Positions 52,036 to 61,732 of a stretch of 64,000 nucleotides of DNA are shown here, piece after piece. The translations under genes and the position numbers were made by a program. Each line of letters starts with the position of its first letter. The first letter of the stretch is position 1. The stretch is from Chloroflexota bacterium (GTDB taxonomy: Bacteria > Chloroflexota > UBA6077 > FW602-bin22 > JAMCWG01), in contig JAMCWG010000006.1 in NCBI GenBank assembly GCA_023475235.1, positions 33,377 to 97,376 of the forward strand. Reading direction: 5' to 3'. The notes beneath the pieces are model-generated. The model was given only the letters and a program-made list of their open reading frames with translations, made no database searches and had not been told where the DNA came from.

Positions 52036-52674
52036 ATGGGAGGAAGACACATGATGTTGTATGCTGAGAGCAAGCGCGCCCCCGTCCTGTCCGATCCGCC
52101 TCTGCTGAAAGCCCTGTTCAACAACCCGGTCCTTTCGGTCGTCTGGGTGATCGTCCGGCTCTTCGTCGGCTACGAATGGCTGGAAGCGGGTGTGCACAAG
52201 CTGGAGAACCCGGCCTGGACCAGCACAGGGCTGGCGCTGAAGGGCTTCTGGACGGCGGCAGTGGCGATACCTGCACAGGGCAAGCCCGCGATAACCTACG
52301 ACTGGTATCGCGGCTTCCTGAGCGCTATGCTGGAGGGAGGGCACTACACCTGGTTCGCCAAGCTGGTCGTCGCCGGCGAGCTTGCCATCGGGATTGCGCT
52401 CATCATAGGTGCGGCTGTGGGCGTGGCTGCGTTCTTTGGCGCCCTGATGAACTTCAACTTCATGCTGGCCGGCTCGGCGAGCACCAACCCGGTGTTGCTG
52501 GTGTTGGCGGTACTGCTTATCATCGCCTGGAAGACCGCTGGCTATTGGGGAGTGGACCGGTGGCTGCTGCCTCTCCTGGCAAGACTGGCGAACCGGCAGG
52601 GAGAAGCGGCTGAGGCCGAGCCTCAACAGGCCCTGTCCCGGCAGGGCAGCAGAGTGGAGGTAACTGCGGACTGA
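52036..52674 (+). CDS. DoxX/DoxD-like membrane protein
   Basis: Four TM helices. RLFVGYEWLEAGVHKL is typical of the DoxX family. Confidence 0.7.
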   Translation: MGGRHMMLYAESKRAPVLSDPPLLKALFNNPVLSVVWVIVRLFVGYEWLEAGVHKLENPAWTSTGLALKGFWTAAVAIPAQGKPAITYDWYRGFLSAMLEGGHYTWFAKLVVAGELAIGIALIIGAAVGVAAFFGALMNFNFMLAGSASTNPVLLVLAVLLIIAWKTAGYWGVDRWLLPLLARLANRQGEAAEAEPQQALSRQGSRVEVTAD

Positions 52675-52713
52675 CCATTCTGGCGCCGAGCGGATACGCC
52701 GACAGAGAAGGCT

Positions 52714-52770
52714 GGTCCCTCATCCTTCACCCCCACGCGCGTAGGGGTGAAGGATGAGGGACCTTTTCAT
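52714..52770 (+). terminator. rho-independent terminator
   Basis: Perfect ~19-bp stem GGTCCCTCATCCTTCACCC / GGGTGAAGGATGAGGGACC followed by TTTTCATTT. Confidence 0.7.
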
Positions 52771-53577
52771 TTGGATTGGCGAATGATTCTCTAGCCTTCC
52801 TGACCAAAAAACTCTATCCGCGCTCATATGTTACTCATAGTGAATTTTGATTGACCACGGTACGGGCAGGCCATAGCATGAGGATGAGAAAAGACATCCA
52901 GGATGTTCGCCTGAGCAGGGTCGGACGGGGACACAGGGTCCAAAAGGACAGGGCAAAAGGGGACGAACAGCGGCACTCAAGCCACTTGCCGAAGCGCGAC
53001 CACCTCTTTGCGGTTGTCCAGCACCCTTTTCGTTAGGGCAGTCGGTGGAGATATCCGGTCTGCTATCCCCACCGACTGCCCTTCGCAATTCGACGCCACG
53101 ACGCGAGAACGCAGCCGGCAGTGTCACCAGTGGTCCAATGTATTTGCCCCGGCCCTCTGTCCGTAAAGCCTTCAGCGAAGGAAGCACCGGACCCGAGACC
53201 CCTTCAGCCCACCCGGGTTGACGCTGGCAGCAATCGGGCGTAGTATGGTGTATAGAGGAACTGTATCCTAAATGGTGGGTTAGGAGAGATATCGACATCA
53301 AGACCCGGGGACGCAGACGTCCCGAGGATGCCCCCGAGGCAGGTACACTCCCGTGAATTCACCACAAGGACTTACCGCCCACGCACTGCCGGTCTCTTCC
53401 CGTTCCTCCCTTCCCTGAGAGTGACATACTTTGAGGGTATTTGCAGGCGCGAAAGAAAAGCGGGGGTCGCAGCGATTCTAGATTGAGGTGATGTGTCCGT
53501 AGCGTTAGGTCGCAATTCGTTACGCAGGAAGCCCTTATGCAGAAGGGCGGCAGTTCCAAGATGTGGAGGTAACGGTT

Positions 53578-54231
53578 ATGGAAAGCGGACCAAACTACCC
53601 GCCGGGAGGCGAGCAGCCAGGCGGGGTCCGAAGCGAGCCGATGACCAGCCAGCCCCGGCGCGAGACGATGGAGCCGACTGTCACCCGCGCCGACATCTAC
53701 GGAGTGATGGCGCCAGGCATGGCGGCTTGGCCCCGAGATATCACCCGGTGGGGGCCGATCTTCGCGGGCCTCTTCGTGGCGTTCAGCGTCGTCGTTCTGT
53801 TGGGTGCGCTGGGGGCGGCCTTCGGCCTTCAGGTTGGCGGTGACCTAACAACGACAGGCGCCGCCATTTGGGGCGCGATTATGCTGATTGTAGGCTTCTT
53901 CGTCGGCGGCTGGATCGCCGGCCGGGCGTCTGCCGTCTCGGGACCAGCCTGGGGCTGGCTACAGGGAGTGGTCGTCTGGGCCATAACGATGTCGGCTTTC
54001 GTTTTCCTCGGAGGCTTCGGCCTTGCCGGGGTGATCGGCGCGACCATCGGCTTGGGCGCCGGTGCGCCTGGTGCCCTGGCCACCCCGACCGGGATTCAGG
54101 CCGCGGCCTGGGGCACCTTCATCGCGATGATACTCGGCTTGATCTTCGCCGCAATCGGCGGCTGGGTAGGAGGAATGATGGCCGAAACCGGCCAGATGAC
54201 TCCCCCCCCTCCTGGGGGGCAGATGCGGTAG
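53578..54231 (+). CDS. Gly-rich multi-TM membrane protein of unknown function
   Basis: GGAGG lies 8 nt upstream of ATG 53578. A Pro/Gly-rich N-terminus is followed by 4-5 Gly/Ala-rich helices. Confidence 0.5.
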   Translation: MESGPNYPPGGEQPGGVRSEPMTSQPRRETMEPTVTRADIYGVMAPGMAAWPRDITRWGPIFAGLFVAFSVVVLLGALGAAFGLQVGGDLTTTGAAIWGAIMLIVGFFVGGWIAGRASAVSGPAWGWLQGVVVWAITMSAFVFLGGFGLAGVIGATIGLGAGAPGALATPTGIQAAAWGTFIAMILGLIFAAIGGWVGGMMAETGQMTPPPPGGQMR

Positions 54232-54436
54232 CAGGGCAACGCAGGGTATCACGCCGGTGATGCTTCCAGGTGATTGAGGAGGGGAGTCACAGCATCCGTC
54301 GCCCTCGCGAAGCACAGGGTGCGGGGGCGACACCAGGAATCATAAGGCCTAGTGGTCCTTCGATCATCGGTCGCTCATCGCGGCGGCCCGGGTGAGGGCC
54401 GCCGAGACGCTGCTACGGACACATTATTTCGATAGA

Positions 54437-54468
54437 GAGGACACCCCGCCGACCGGCGGGGTGTCCTC
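54437..54468 (+). terminator. strong hairpin downstream of the membrane-protein gene
   Basis: 14-bp stem GAGGACACCCCGCC / GGCGGGGTGTCCTC with a GACC loop. No T-tract. Confidence 0.4.
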
Positions 54469-54531
54469 GACTATACATAACATAGCTCGCCACGCGCGAC
54501 GAGGTTGGTGGGCCCGCCGAAGCGCGAAAGC

Positions 54532-54560
54532 TTGAAGCTCCGCGACCGTTCTGGTACAAT
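54532..54560 (+). promoter_or_regulatory. candidate promoter of tRNA-Val
   Basis: TTGAAG (54532-37), a 17-nt spacer, then TACAAT (54555-60) preceded by a TG. The -10 element ends 10 nt before the tRNA 5' end. Confidence 0.55.
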
Positions 54561-54570
54561 ACTAGCGCCG

Positions 54571-54644
<74 letters not shown>

Positions 54645-54826
54645 CTATTTGTTGGGGTTTTTGGACGGGTCAGGAAGCAGCGTCGCTGGAAGCATAACGT
54701 GGCCCAAGGGTCGCGGGATGCTTCCAGTTCGCGTCTGCGGAGGGGCTCACTTTCGCTACAGTCAGGGGTCTCTTCCAGTGTGGCCCCTCGAAAGTCCCTT
54801 CTGTCCAGAGGTATACCTGCGAGTCA

Positions 54827-55924
54827 ATGGAAATTGGGATTATGGGTCTGCCCGGTGCCGGGAAGACCGTAGTGTTCAACGCGTTGAGCCTGGCCAAGGT
54901 GCCGGTGGCCACCTATTCGGCGCCCTCCACCGTGCCGAACCAGGCCGTCGTCAAGGTCCCCGATGCGCGGCTGGCGGCGCTGGCCGAGCTGTTTCACCCC
55001 CGCAAAGTCACGCCGGCCGAAGTGCGTTACGTGGATGTCGCCGGCCTGACGCAGGGCGCCGGCAGAGACGGCCAGGCCGGTCAGCACCTCGCCTACCTGC
55101 GTAACAGCGACGCGCTCCTCATCGTCGTGCGCGCGTTCGCCAGCGACGTAGTCGCCCATCCTCTGGGTCCCCTCGACCCCCAGCGCGACCTGGAAGTGAT
55201 CTCCACCGAGCTGCTCCTGGCCGATCTGGGCGTGGTGGAAAAGCGGCTGGAGCGGCTCGAGAAAGAGGTGCGCCTGCGAAAGGGAACCGATGCCGAGCAG
55301 AAGGTGCGGGCGCGAGAGTACGCCCTGCTCCAAGCGATGCAGCGCGCCCTTATCGACGGCAAGCCCGCCCGATCGGTGGCCCTCGACCCCGACGACGAAA
55401 CGTTGCTGCGGGGTTACTGCCTGTTGACGCAGAAGCCCTGGCTGGTCCTGCTAAACGCCGGCGACGGCGGCGCCGGCCGCGACCTGGTGGAGCGCGTGCG
55501 GGCCCGCTGGGAGGACGAAAGAGCACAGGTGGCGGCCATCTCCGGCCGGCTGGAGATGGAGCTGGCCGAGCTTCCGCCGCAGGAAGCAGACGAGTTCCGG
55601 GCAGAATTGGAGCTGACCGAGCCCGCTCTTGAAGGCGTCATTCAGGCGTCTTACCGGCTGCTCGACCTGATCTCGTACTTCACCGTAGGCGAGGATGAGG
55701 TCCGCGCCTGGACGTTGAAACGCGGGGCGAACGCCGTAGAGGCTGCATCGGTTATCCATACCAGCATCGCCAGGGCCTTCATCCGGGCGGAGGTCATCGG
55801 CCACGACGAGCTCCTCGCCTGCGGCAGCCTGGCCGAGGCGCGCAAGCGGGGGCTGCTTCGGTCCGAAGGACGCAACTACGTCTTCCGTGACGGCGATGTG
55901 GCGCAGTTTCTGCACAATGGATAA
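54827..55924 (+). CDS. ychF: redox-regulated ATPase YchF
   Basis: 365 aa. P-loop GIMGLPGAGKTVVFNAL, a coiled-coil insert and a C-terminal TGS-like domain (YVFRDGDVAQF). Confidence 0.85.
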   Translation: MEIGIMGLPGAGKTVVFNALSLAKVPVATYSAPSTVPNQAVVKVPDARLAALAELFHPRKVTPAEVRYVDVAGLTQGAGRDGQAGQHLAYLRNSDALLIVVRAFASDVVAHPLGPLDPQRDLEVISTELLLADLGVVEKRLERLEKEVRLRKGTDAEQKVRAREYALLQAMQRALIDGKPARSVALDPDDETLLRGYCLLTQKPWLVLLNAGDGGAGRDLVERVRARWEDERAQVAAISGRLEMELAELPPQEADEFRAELELTEPALEGVIQASYRLLDLISYFTVGEDEVRAWTLKRGANAVEAASVIHTSIARAFIRAEVIGHDELLACGSLAEARKRGLLRSEGRNYVFRDGDVAQFLHNG

Positions 55925-56045
55925 CTGGAAGGACAGCGGGCCTTGCCCGCAGCGGCCATTTGGCCGATGATGTTAGTGGGGACTCTGAGGGTGACGACAG
56001 CCTCGCTCGAGGAGTAGTGCTGCAGCATTGTGTTGGGGACGGGTG

Positions 56046-57434
56046 ATGAAGAGTCAGGTAAGCAGGGAAGTCACGGCCGATAAGGGCTCGATTCTGTTCA
56101 TAACCACTCTGGTGGTCTTTCTCACTCCATTCATGTCCGCTTCGGTCAATATCGCGCTGCCTTCAATCGGACGGGAGTTCGCCGCGGATGCCGTCGAGTT
56201 GAGCTGGGTGGCCACCTCGTTCATTCTGGCCGCGGCCATTTTTCTCGTGCCCCTGGGAAGGATCGCCGATATTCACGGCCGGAGGCGGGTCTTCACCTAC
56301 GGCATCTTCGTCTACATGCTGGCCTCGTTGCTGTCGGCGATGTCGAACTCGGCACTCACGCTGATCGCCTTCCGGGTCGTGCAGGGCATCGGCAGCGCGA
56401 TGATAGCCGGCACGTCCGTGGCAATCTTGACTTCGGTGTTTCCAGCGGGGGAGCGAGGCCGGGCATTAGGGATAAACGTGGCCGCCGTTTACTCCGGCCT
56501 CTCGCTGGGGCCATTCCTGGGGGGGCTGCTGACCCAGTATCTCGGCTGGCGCAGCATTTTTCTGATCAACGTTCCGCTCGGGCTGGTGATAATTCCCCTC
56601 ACCTTCTTGAAGCTGAAGGGTGAATGGGCCGAGGCCCGCGGCGAAAAGTTCGACCTGGCCGGCTCCGCGGTGTACAGCTTGACGCTGATAGCAGTGATGT
56701 ACGGCTTCACCCTGTTGCCCGACCTGGCGGGCGCGTGGCTGTTCCTGGCGGGCGTGCTAGGGGTTTTCGTGTTCATCAAATGGGAGACGGCGACGAAAAG
56801 CCCCGTCTTCGACTTGACCCTGTTCCGGCATAATGTGGTGTTCGCTCTCTCCAATGTGGCGGCGCTGGTCAACTACAGCGCAACGGCGGGCGTGGGCTTT
56901 CTGCTCAGCCTCTACCTGCAGTACGCCAAGGGGCTCGACCCGGAGGGTGCCGGCCTGGTCCTGGTGTCGCAGCCGATAATGATGGCCATCTTCTCTCCCC
57001 TCGCCGGCCGGCTGTCGGACCGCATCGAGCCGAGAATTGTGGCTTCGCTGGGGATGGCATTCACGGCGATAGGGCTTTTTATGTTCGTGGTCCTGGACGC
57101 GTCGACCAGTCTGGCCTATATCATCGCCAGCCTGGTAATCCTGGGCTTCGGCTTCGCACTGTTCTCCTCCCCCAACACCAATGCCGTGATGAGCTCGGTA
57201 GAGCGACGATACTATGGCGTGGCCTCGGGAACACTGGCGACGATGAGGTCCATCGGTCAGATGCTCAGCATGGGCATCGTGATGCTGATACTCACCCTCT
57301 ATGTCGGCAGGGTAGAGATCACGCCCGAATTCTATCCGCAGTTCATGGCCAGCACGCGGACGGCGTTCACTGTATTCGCCGTCCTCTGCTGCGGAGGCAT
57401 TTTCGCCTCGCTGGCCAGGGGAAAGCTGCGGTAA
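56046..57434 (+). CDS. MFS transporter (14-TM drug:H+ antiporter-like)
   Basis: GRIADIHGRRRVF (motif A) and about 14 TM helices. ATG 56046 is preferred over the track start. Confidence 0.85.
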   Translation: MKSQVSREVTADKGSILFITTLVVFLTPFMSASVNIALPSIGREFAADAVELSWVATSFILAAAIFLVPLGRIADIHGRRRVFTYGIFVYMLASLLSAMSNSALTLIAFRVVQGIGSAMIAGTSVAILTSVFPAGERGRALGINVAAVYSGLSLGPFLGGLLTQYLGWRSIFLINVPLGLVIIPLTFLKLKGEWAEARGEKFDLAGSAVYSLTLIAVMYGFTLLPDLAGAWLFLAGVLGVFVFIKWETATKSPVFDLTLFRHNVVFALSNVAALVNYSATAGVGFLLSLYLQYAKGLDPEGAGLVLVSQPIMMAIFSPLAGRLSDRIEPRIVASLGMAFTAIGLFMFVVLDASTSLAYIIASLVILGFGFALFSSPNTNAVMSSVERRYYGVASGTLATMRSIGQMLSMGIVMLILTLYVGRVEITPEFYPQFMASTRTAFTVFAVLCCGGIFASLARGKLR

Positions 57435-57529
57435 GTCCTCCTGGGCGAACAGCCCTGCTCCACGCGCTGGAGCCGGCGGCGCTACGGCACCCGGCTTCAG
57501 ATCCGTTCGCAGGTCTCGTGTGACCAAAG

Positions 57530-57562
57530 CTGAGGGCCCGTGGCGTCGCCACGGGCCCTCAG
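57530..57562. terminator. bidirectional hairpin between convergent genes
   Basis: 15-bp perfect stem CTGAGGGCCCGTGGC / GCCACGGGCCCTCAG with a 3-nt loop. Confidence 0.5.
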
Positions 57563-57611
57563 GCTGTGAGGCTTCATCCGACCGGTTGACGGCCGAAGGC
57601 TGCGATGGACG

Positions 57612-60600
57612 CTAGTTGCAGGGTGTGGAGCCCTCACACAGCGAGACATCGTCGATCCAGGCTACATCCCCCGAGTTCAGCTCCCACTGGACGTCCAGCC
57701 TTCCGCTGGAGTAGCTGGACGGCGTGGTGAAGGTGGTGGTGATCCTGGTCCAATCTCGCGTCCCGTTGATGAACGCGGACTGGCCCAGGACGTCCGTCGG
57801 CGCGTTGAGCTGCGGATAGCGCATCGCTACGCCTTTCCCCGATACACCCTGCGTCTTGACCCAGAACGAGAAGGTGTACTGCTTGTTGGGGCTGAGGTCC
57901 AGCGACTGGTATGAATAGTAATCGGCCGACCCGGTCACCTTCAACGACGCCTTGCCGGAATGGGCGACCGTGGAATCCCAGGAGCCGGTCGGCCGGCTGA
58001 CCCAGCTTGCCGGATAGCCGCCGGCATTCGCTTCGAACGAAGGGTTCTGGACCCGATTGGTGCGATTGACGGTCGGTGTGAGGCTGGGCGCGAAGGTCGG
58101 CACGGGCGTCGGCGTGGGCGAGGGTACCGCGGTCGGAACCGGCGTCGAGGTTGGCGAGGGCACCACGGCCGGAACAGGCGTCGGCGGCGGGGGAGTGCTT
58201 CCTGCATCGCAGGGCACAGGCCCTTCGCACAGGGAGACGTCGTCGATCCAGGCCGCGTCTCCCGCGTTCAGTTGCCACTGGATATCGACCCGCCCACTGC
58301 TGTAGCTCGACGGCGTGTTGAAGGTCGTGACAACCTGCGTCCAGTCGTTCGTCCCGTTGGTATAGGCGGATTGGCCCAGGACGTCCGCCGGCGCGTTGAG
58401 CTGCGGATAGCGCATCGCCACGCCCGGCCCTGATATGCCCTGCGTCTTGACCCAGAACGAGAGGGTGTACTGCTTGTTGGGGCTGAGGTCCAGCGACTGG
58501 TACGAGTAGTAATCGGCCGGCCCGGTCATCTGTAGCGACGCGCCGCCGGAATGGGCGACCGTCGTGTCACGCGAGGCAGTTGGCCGGCTGATCCAGTTCG
58601 CCGGATAGCCGCCGGCATCGACCTCAAAGGACGGGTCCTGTATCAGATTGACGCCGGTGCTGGTGCCGGTGACGGTCGGGCTGGGGCTGGAGATGGGACT
58701 GGGCGTGGTGGTGACCGCTCCAGTGCCGACGAACTCGAATATCTTGCCGTCGCCCGGCGGGAAAGCGATGGGCGAGTCGAGGGCGTAGACCTGGTTCGTC
58801 TCCAGGTCTCTCAACTGTCCCTGAAGGCCGCTCGTGGAGCTGACCGACAGGCTCTGGTCGCTGGCGCAGCTACCCTTGTTAACGACGACGGCATAAGTCT
58901 TCGTCCCGTCCTTGCTGGTCAGGGTGCTGATATACGGATTGGGGCCGCCGGACACGGAGAACTGATCGCTCGTCCGGCGCAGGCCCAGCAGCGTGCCTCG
59001 GAGCGGGGCCACCCGGTTCGCCAGCGAGGCGACTTCCTGGAACAGGGTGGGATTGTCCTTGAGGCCCGTCCAGCCCTGCTCGCTGCTGTAGATGAACCAG
59101 AATATGCCGGTTGCCCCTTCGCCGATGGCCATCCAGTTCTGCGCCCGCACTTCCGGCACGGACGGCTGACGCAGCGAGTAAAGCGGATCGGTGCCGAAGT
59201 TATGCGTCTGCAGGATGATCCATAGTGGCGTGTCCGCCGGCTTGTTCTTGGTCATTGCTCTGACGTAGCCTGAGAAGTCCAGGTTGGTGTAGCCGAACCC
59301 GGTCATCGTGTAGTCGCAGGCTGGATTGGCGTAGCCGATGGGGTAGACATCGATCAGCATCGGGCTGGGATTGGCGGCCGCGTCGATGACATCGCCGCGA
59401 TTGATGCCGATCAAGACGGGCGAAATAGCATTGCCCGGGGCGCGCTCTTTGAAAGCTTGAACGGCCAGGACTACTTTGTCTTGCAGGTCGTTGGTCGGCT
59501 CATCGGCGACGTTGTAGCCCTTGACGCTCGCGTGGCCCTTGACTAGGTCGACCAGGGGATAGATCGCCGACCGCGCGTTGTCGAGCGTCGCGGCCACGCT
59601 GGAGGGCCACCAGTTGCGGTCAAGCTCGTAGTGGGGGGCGAAGAAGACATTGAAGTTCAGGCTGTCAGATACTGACAGCATCGGCTCATCGCGTGTAGCC
59701 GAGTTGTTGGTGAACAGGACCGAGTCGAGGCCGTGGGCCTTCGCGTTGTTGATCATCGCCTGGAAATCAGAGACAACGCCGTAGGTCATATTTCCGTCCT
59801 CGAATATGCCGAGGGGGAAGCCGGCACCGCCGCCGCTGGGGGCCGGCAGGACAGGGGTGCCCGGAGTAGCCGTCGGGGTGGGAGGCGCCGGCGTCTGCGT
59901 GGCGGCCGGGGTCGGCGTGGTCCCGGATGCGCAGTTGGAGCCGAAGCAGTTGTTGGACACCACGTTCGGCCCCTGGATGGTGGCGCAGGAGGTGTTGATC
60001 TCGTTCACCGGCTGGCCGGAAGGGTCCTGGCTGTTGTTGTCCCGGATCTGATATTGGCCTGACTGCGCGATATTGGTCTGCCCGGCCGGGCAGGTGGCGG
60101 CGGTGATCTCCATGAAGGAATTGACCGACGCTGCCCGGTTGCCCACGATCCGGTTGCCGAAGTACCGGTAGACAAAAGTGTCGTTGACCAGCGCTGTCTT
60201 CGAATCGAAGCTGCCGAGGGTCGTCACCCTGTTCTGGATGGTATTGTTCTTGACCAGGTTGTCTCTTCCGGTCACGCTGACGACATCGTATGTGCCGCCC
60301 GCGAACGTGTTACCGTAGACAACGTTGTGCTGGGCGCTTCTTATCTCCCAGGGGTCCAGAGTGCCATTCGAGTTGTAGTCTTTCGTAAAGTCGTCGTTGG
60401 TTAGAAAGAGCAGAGCCCCGCGGCGGAAATTGCCGTCGATCGTGGAGTTGATGACTCCACCGCCGTGCAAGCCGTCCAGATACAGGGCAAAGGCTTCGCT
60501 GCCGACGAAATGGCTGTTTCTGACCCATATATTGTCCAGCACCGCGGAGCCGCTTATCAGGCCGCGGTGATACTCGTCGCCCGGGTCTCGGTAGTTCTGA

Positions 60601-61271
60601 AAGGTGACATTATCGAAGACGACGTCCATAGCGGCGTTGAGGGTGACTGCTATCAAGCTCGAGCCAGTCCCGTCGAACGTCAGGTTCTTGAAATAGATGT
60701 TGCTGATCCGATTGGTGGTGGCGCAAGCTACGGCGCTGGGGTCCTTGCTGGCGACGGCCAGATTGAAGCTCGTGTAATCGGTTGCGAGCTGGCAGCCAGC
60801 CACCTGGCTTGTGCCGCCAGTCCGTATGACCGCACCCCCATCGGAGATGATGTGAACGTTGCTCTTGCCGATTATGTTGAAGGCTGAGGTGTAAGTGCCG
60901 GCCGGCAGATACACGGTGCCGCCGCTGGCGGGCAGGGAATCGATGGCGGCCTGTATGTTTCCCCCGAACTGGGTCTGGGCGTTGACCTGATTGCTGGGAG
61001 ACTGGATGTCGGGGCGGTAATTAGAGGACTGGGGATTGAAGGGGTGCTGTGACCACCAGGTCTCGACGTCCTGGTTATAGTCTACAGTTAAGTGAGGAAC
61101 ACCATTCCACGGTGCGGCTTGGACCTGGGCAGATGCTCCCTGCCCGGCTAGGACAGATGTTGTCAAGAATAGGATAGCCAATAATGTTGCGAGTCTCTTC
61201 AAATTCCTTACCTTTCTTACGACTCTTTTCGTTCGTAGCGAGAATCTTGATGGTAAGGTTGTGATGGGCAA
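57612..61271 (-). CDS. 1219-aa secreted multidomain glycan-active protein: right-handed beta-helix, TIM-barrel-like domain, two CBM-like modules
   Basis: Signal peptide. The N-terminal pectate-lyase-superfamily pattern (IQAAIDSLPASGGTVYLPAGTY) is followed by repeated beta-helix turns. Pro/Thr linkers flank a central ~330-aa hydrolase-like region. Two C-terminal ~147-aa modules each end in WIDDVSLCEG. Confidence 0.75.
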   Translation of the reverse strand: MPITTLPSRFSLRTKRVVRKVRNLKRLATLLAILFLTTSVLAGQGASAQVQAAPWNGVPHLTVDYNQDVETWWSQHPFNPQSSNYRPDIQSPSNQVNAQTQFGGNIQAAIDSLPASGGTVYLPAGTYTSAFNIIGKSNVHIISDGGAVIRTGGTSQVAGCQLATDYTSFNLAVASKDPSAVACATTNRISNIYFKNLTFDGTGSSLIAVTLNAAMDVVFDNVTFQNYRDPGDEYHRGLISGSAVLDNIWVRNSHFVGSEAFALYLDGLHGGGVINSTIDGNFRRGALLFLTNDDFTKDYNSNGTLDPWEIRSAQHNVVYGNTFAGGTYDVVSVTGRDNLVKNNTIQNRVTTLGSFDSKTALVNDTFVYRYFGNRIVGNRAASVNSFMEITAATCPAGQTNIAQSGQYQIRDNNSQDPSGQPVNEINTSCATIQGPNVVSNNCFGSNCASGTTPTPAATQTPAPPTPTATPGTPVLPAPSGGGAGFPLGIFEDGNMTYGVVSDFQAMINNAKAHGLDSVLFTNNSATRDEPMLSVSDSLNFNVFFAPHYELDRNWWPSSVAATLDNARSAIYPLVDLVKGHASVKGYNVADEPTNDLQDKVVLAVQAFKERAPGNAISPVLIGINRGDVIDAAANPSPMLIDVYPIGYANPACDYTMTGFGYTNLDFSGYVRAMTKNKPADTPLWIILQTHNFGTDPLYSLRQPSVPEVRAQNWMAIGEGATGIFWFIYSSEQGWTGLKDNPTLFQEVASLANRVAPLRGTLLGLRRTSDQFSVSGGPNPYISTLTSKDGTKTYAVVVNKGSCASDQSLSVSSTSGLQGQLRDLETNQVYALDSPIAFPPGDGKIFEFVGTGAVTTTPSPISSPSPTVTGTSTGVNLIQDPSFEVDAGGYPANWISRPTASRDTTVAHSGGASLQMTGPADYYSYQSLDLSPNKQYTLSFWVKTQGISGPGVAMRYPQLNAPADVLGQSAYTNGTNDWTQVVTTFNTPSSYSSGRVDIQWQLNAGDAAWIDDVSLCEGPVPCDAGSTPPPPTPVPAVVPSPTSTPVPTAVPSPTPTPVPTFAPSLTPTVNRTNRVQNPSFEANAGGYPASWVSRPTGSWDSTVAHSGKASLKVTGSADYYSYQSLDLSPNKQYTFSFWVKTQGVSGKGVAMRYPQLNAPTDVLGQSAFINGTRDWTRITTTFTTPSSYSSGRLDVQWELNSGDVAWIDDVSLCEGSTPCN
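57615..58649 (-). repeat. tandem duplication of a ~147-codon CBM-like module (57615-58058 and 58209-58649)
   Basis: The two modules are about three-quarters identical at protein level by hand alignment. Long identical DNA runs occur, e.g. CTGCTTGTTGGGGCTGAGGTCCAGCGACTGGTA in both copies. A 50-aa Pro/Thr/Val linker separates them. Confidence 0.7.
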
Positions 61272-61544
61272 CTAGTATTATTTCCACGACGTATCACACC
61301 CCACGCACCTTGGTTTCCCAAGGAGTGCTTCTTTGTTACACGCGAGTTCCTCAGGAGGGTCACCCGCGACCGGCCGGTCTTCGATGTTTACCTTCGTCGG
61401 CCAGCCGCGCCTTGTCTGGATGATCGAGTTCGATCTGCGCTTTCACCTCCTTTCCTCACCTGGGTCTCTTAATGCACGACAGCTTGGCATTCTAATTGCA
61501 TTGCCAGCATTTGTCAAGAGCAAAAGCAAGAATGTTGCAGCCAA

Positions 61545-61572
61545 AGCAATTGCTTTTTGACAAGCAATTGCT
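61545..61572. promoter_or_regulatory. pair of identical 10-bp palindromes (candidate operator)
   Basis: AGCAATTGCT occurs at 61545-61554 and again at 61563-61572 (18 bp centre to centre). A TTGACA hexamer lies between them. Confidence 0.3.
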
Positions 61573-61732
61573 CACTCTGGCGCATGAGCGCATGCATTTC
61601 GGGCGGTCAGGGCGCGGCGGCCGGCTTGGCCAACCTCTCCGCCCTGTGATAGTGTTTGACCGCCAGTCGTCACCACAATAGAATGCAGCCGTAATCAGCA
61701 ACTGCTCTCAGGAGGACCTGCGTCACACGTCG

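Noticed and set aside
52831-53301. 156-aa minus-strand ORF, and possible RNase P, SRP, cobalamin-riboswitch or group II intron RNA, in the 0.8-kb gap
   Set aside because: The ORF composition (Cys/Pro/Gly/Ser-rich, no RBS) is implausible. None of the conserved landmarks of those RNA families was found by eye. The region is reported only as an unexplained gap.
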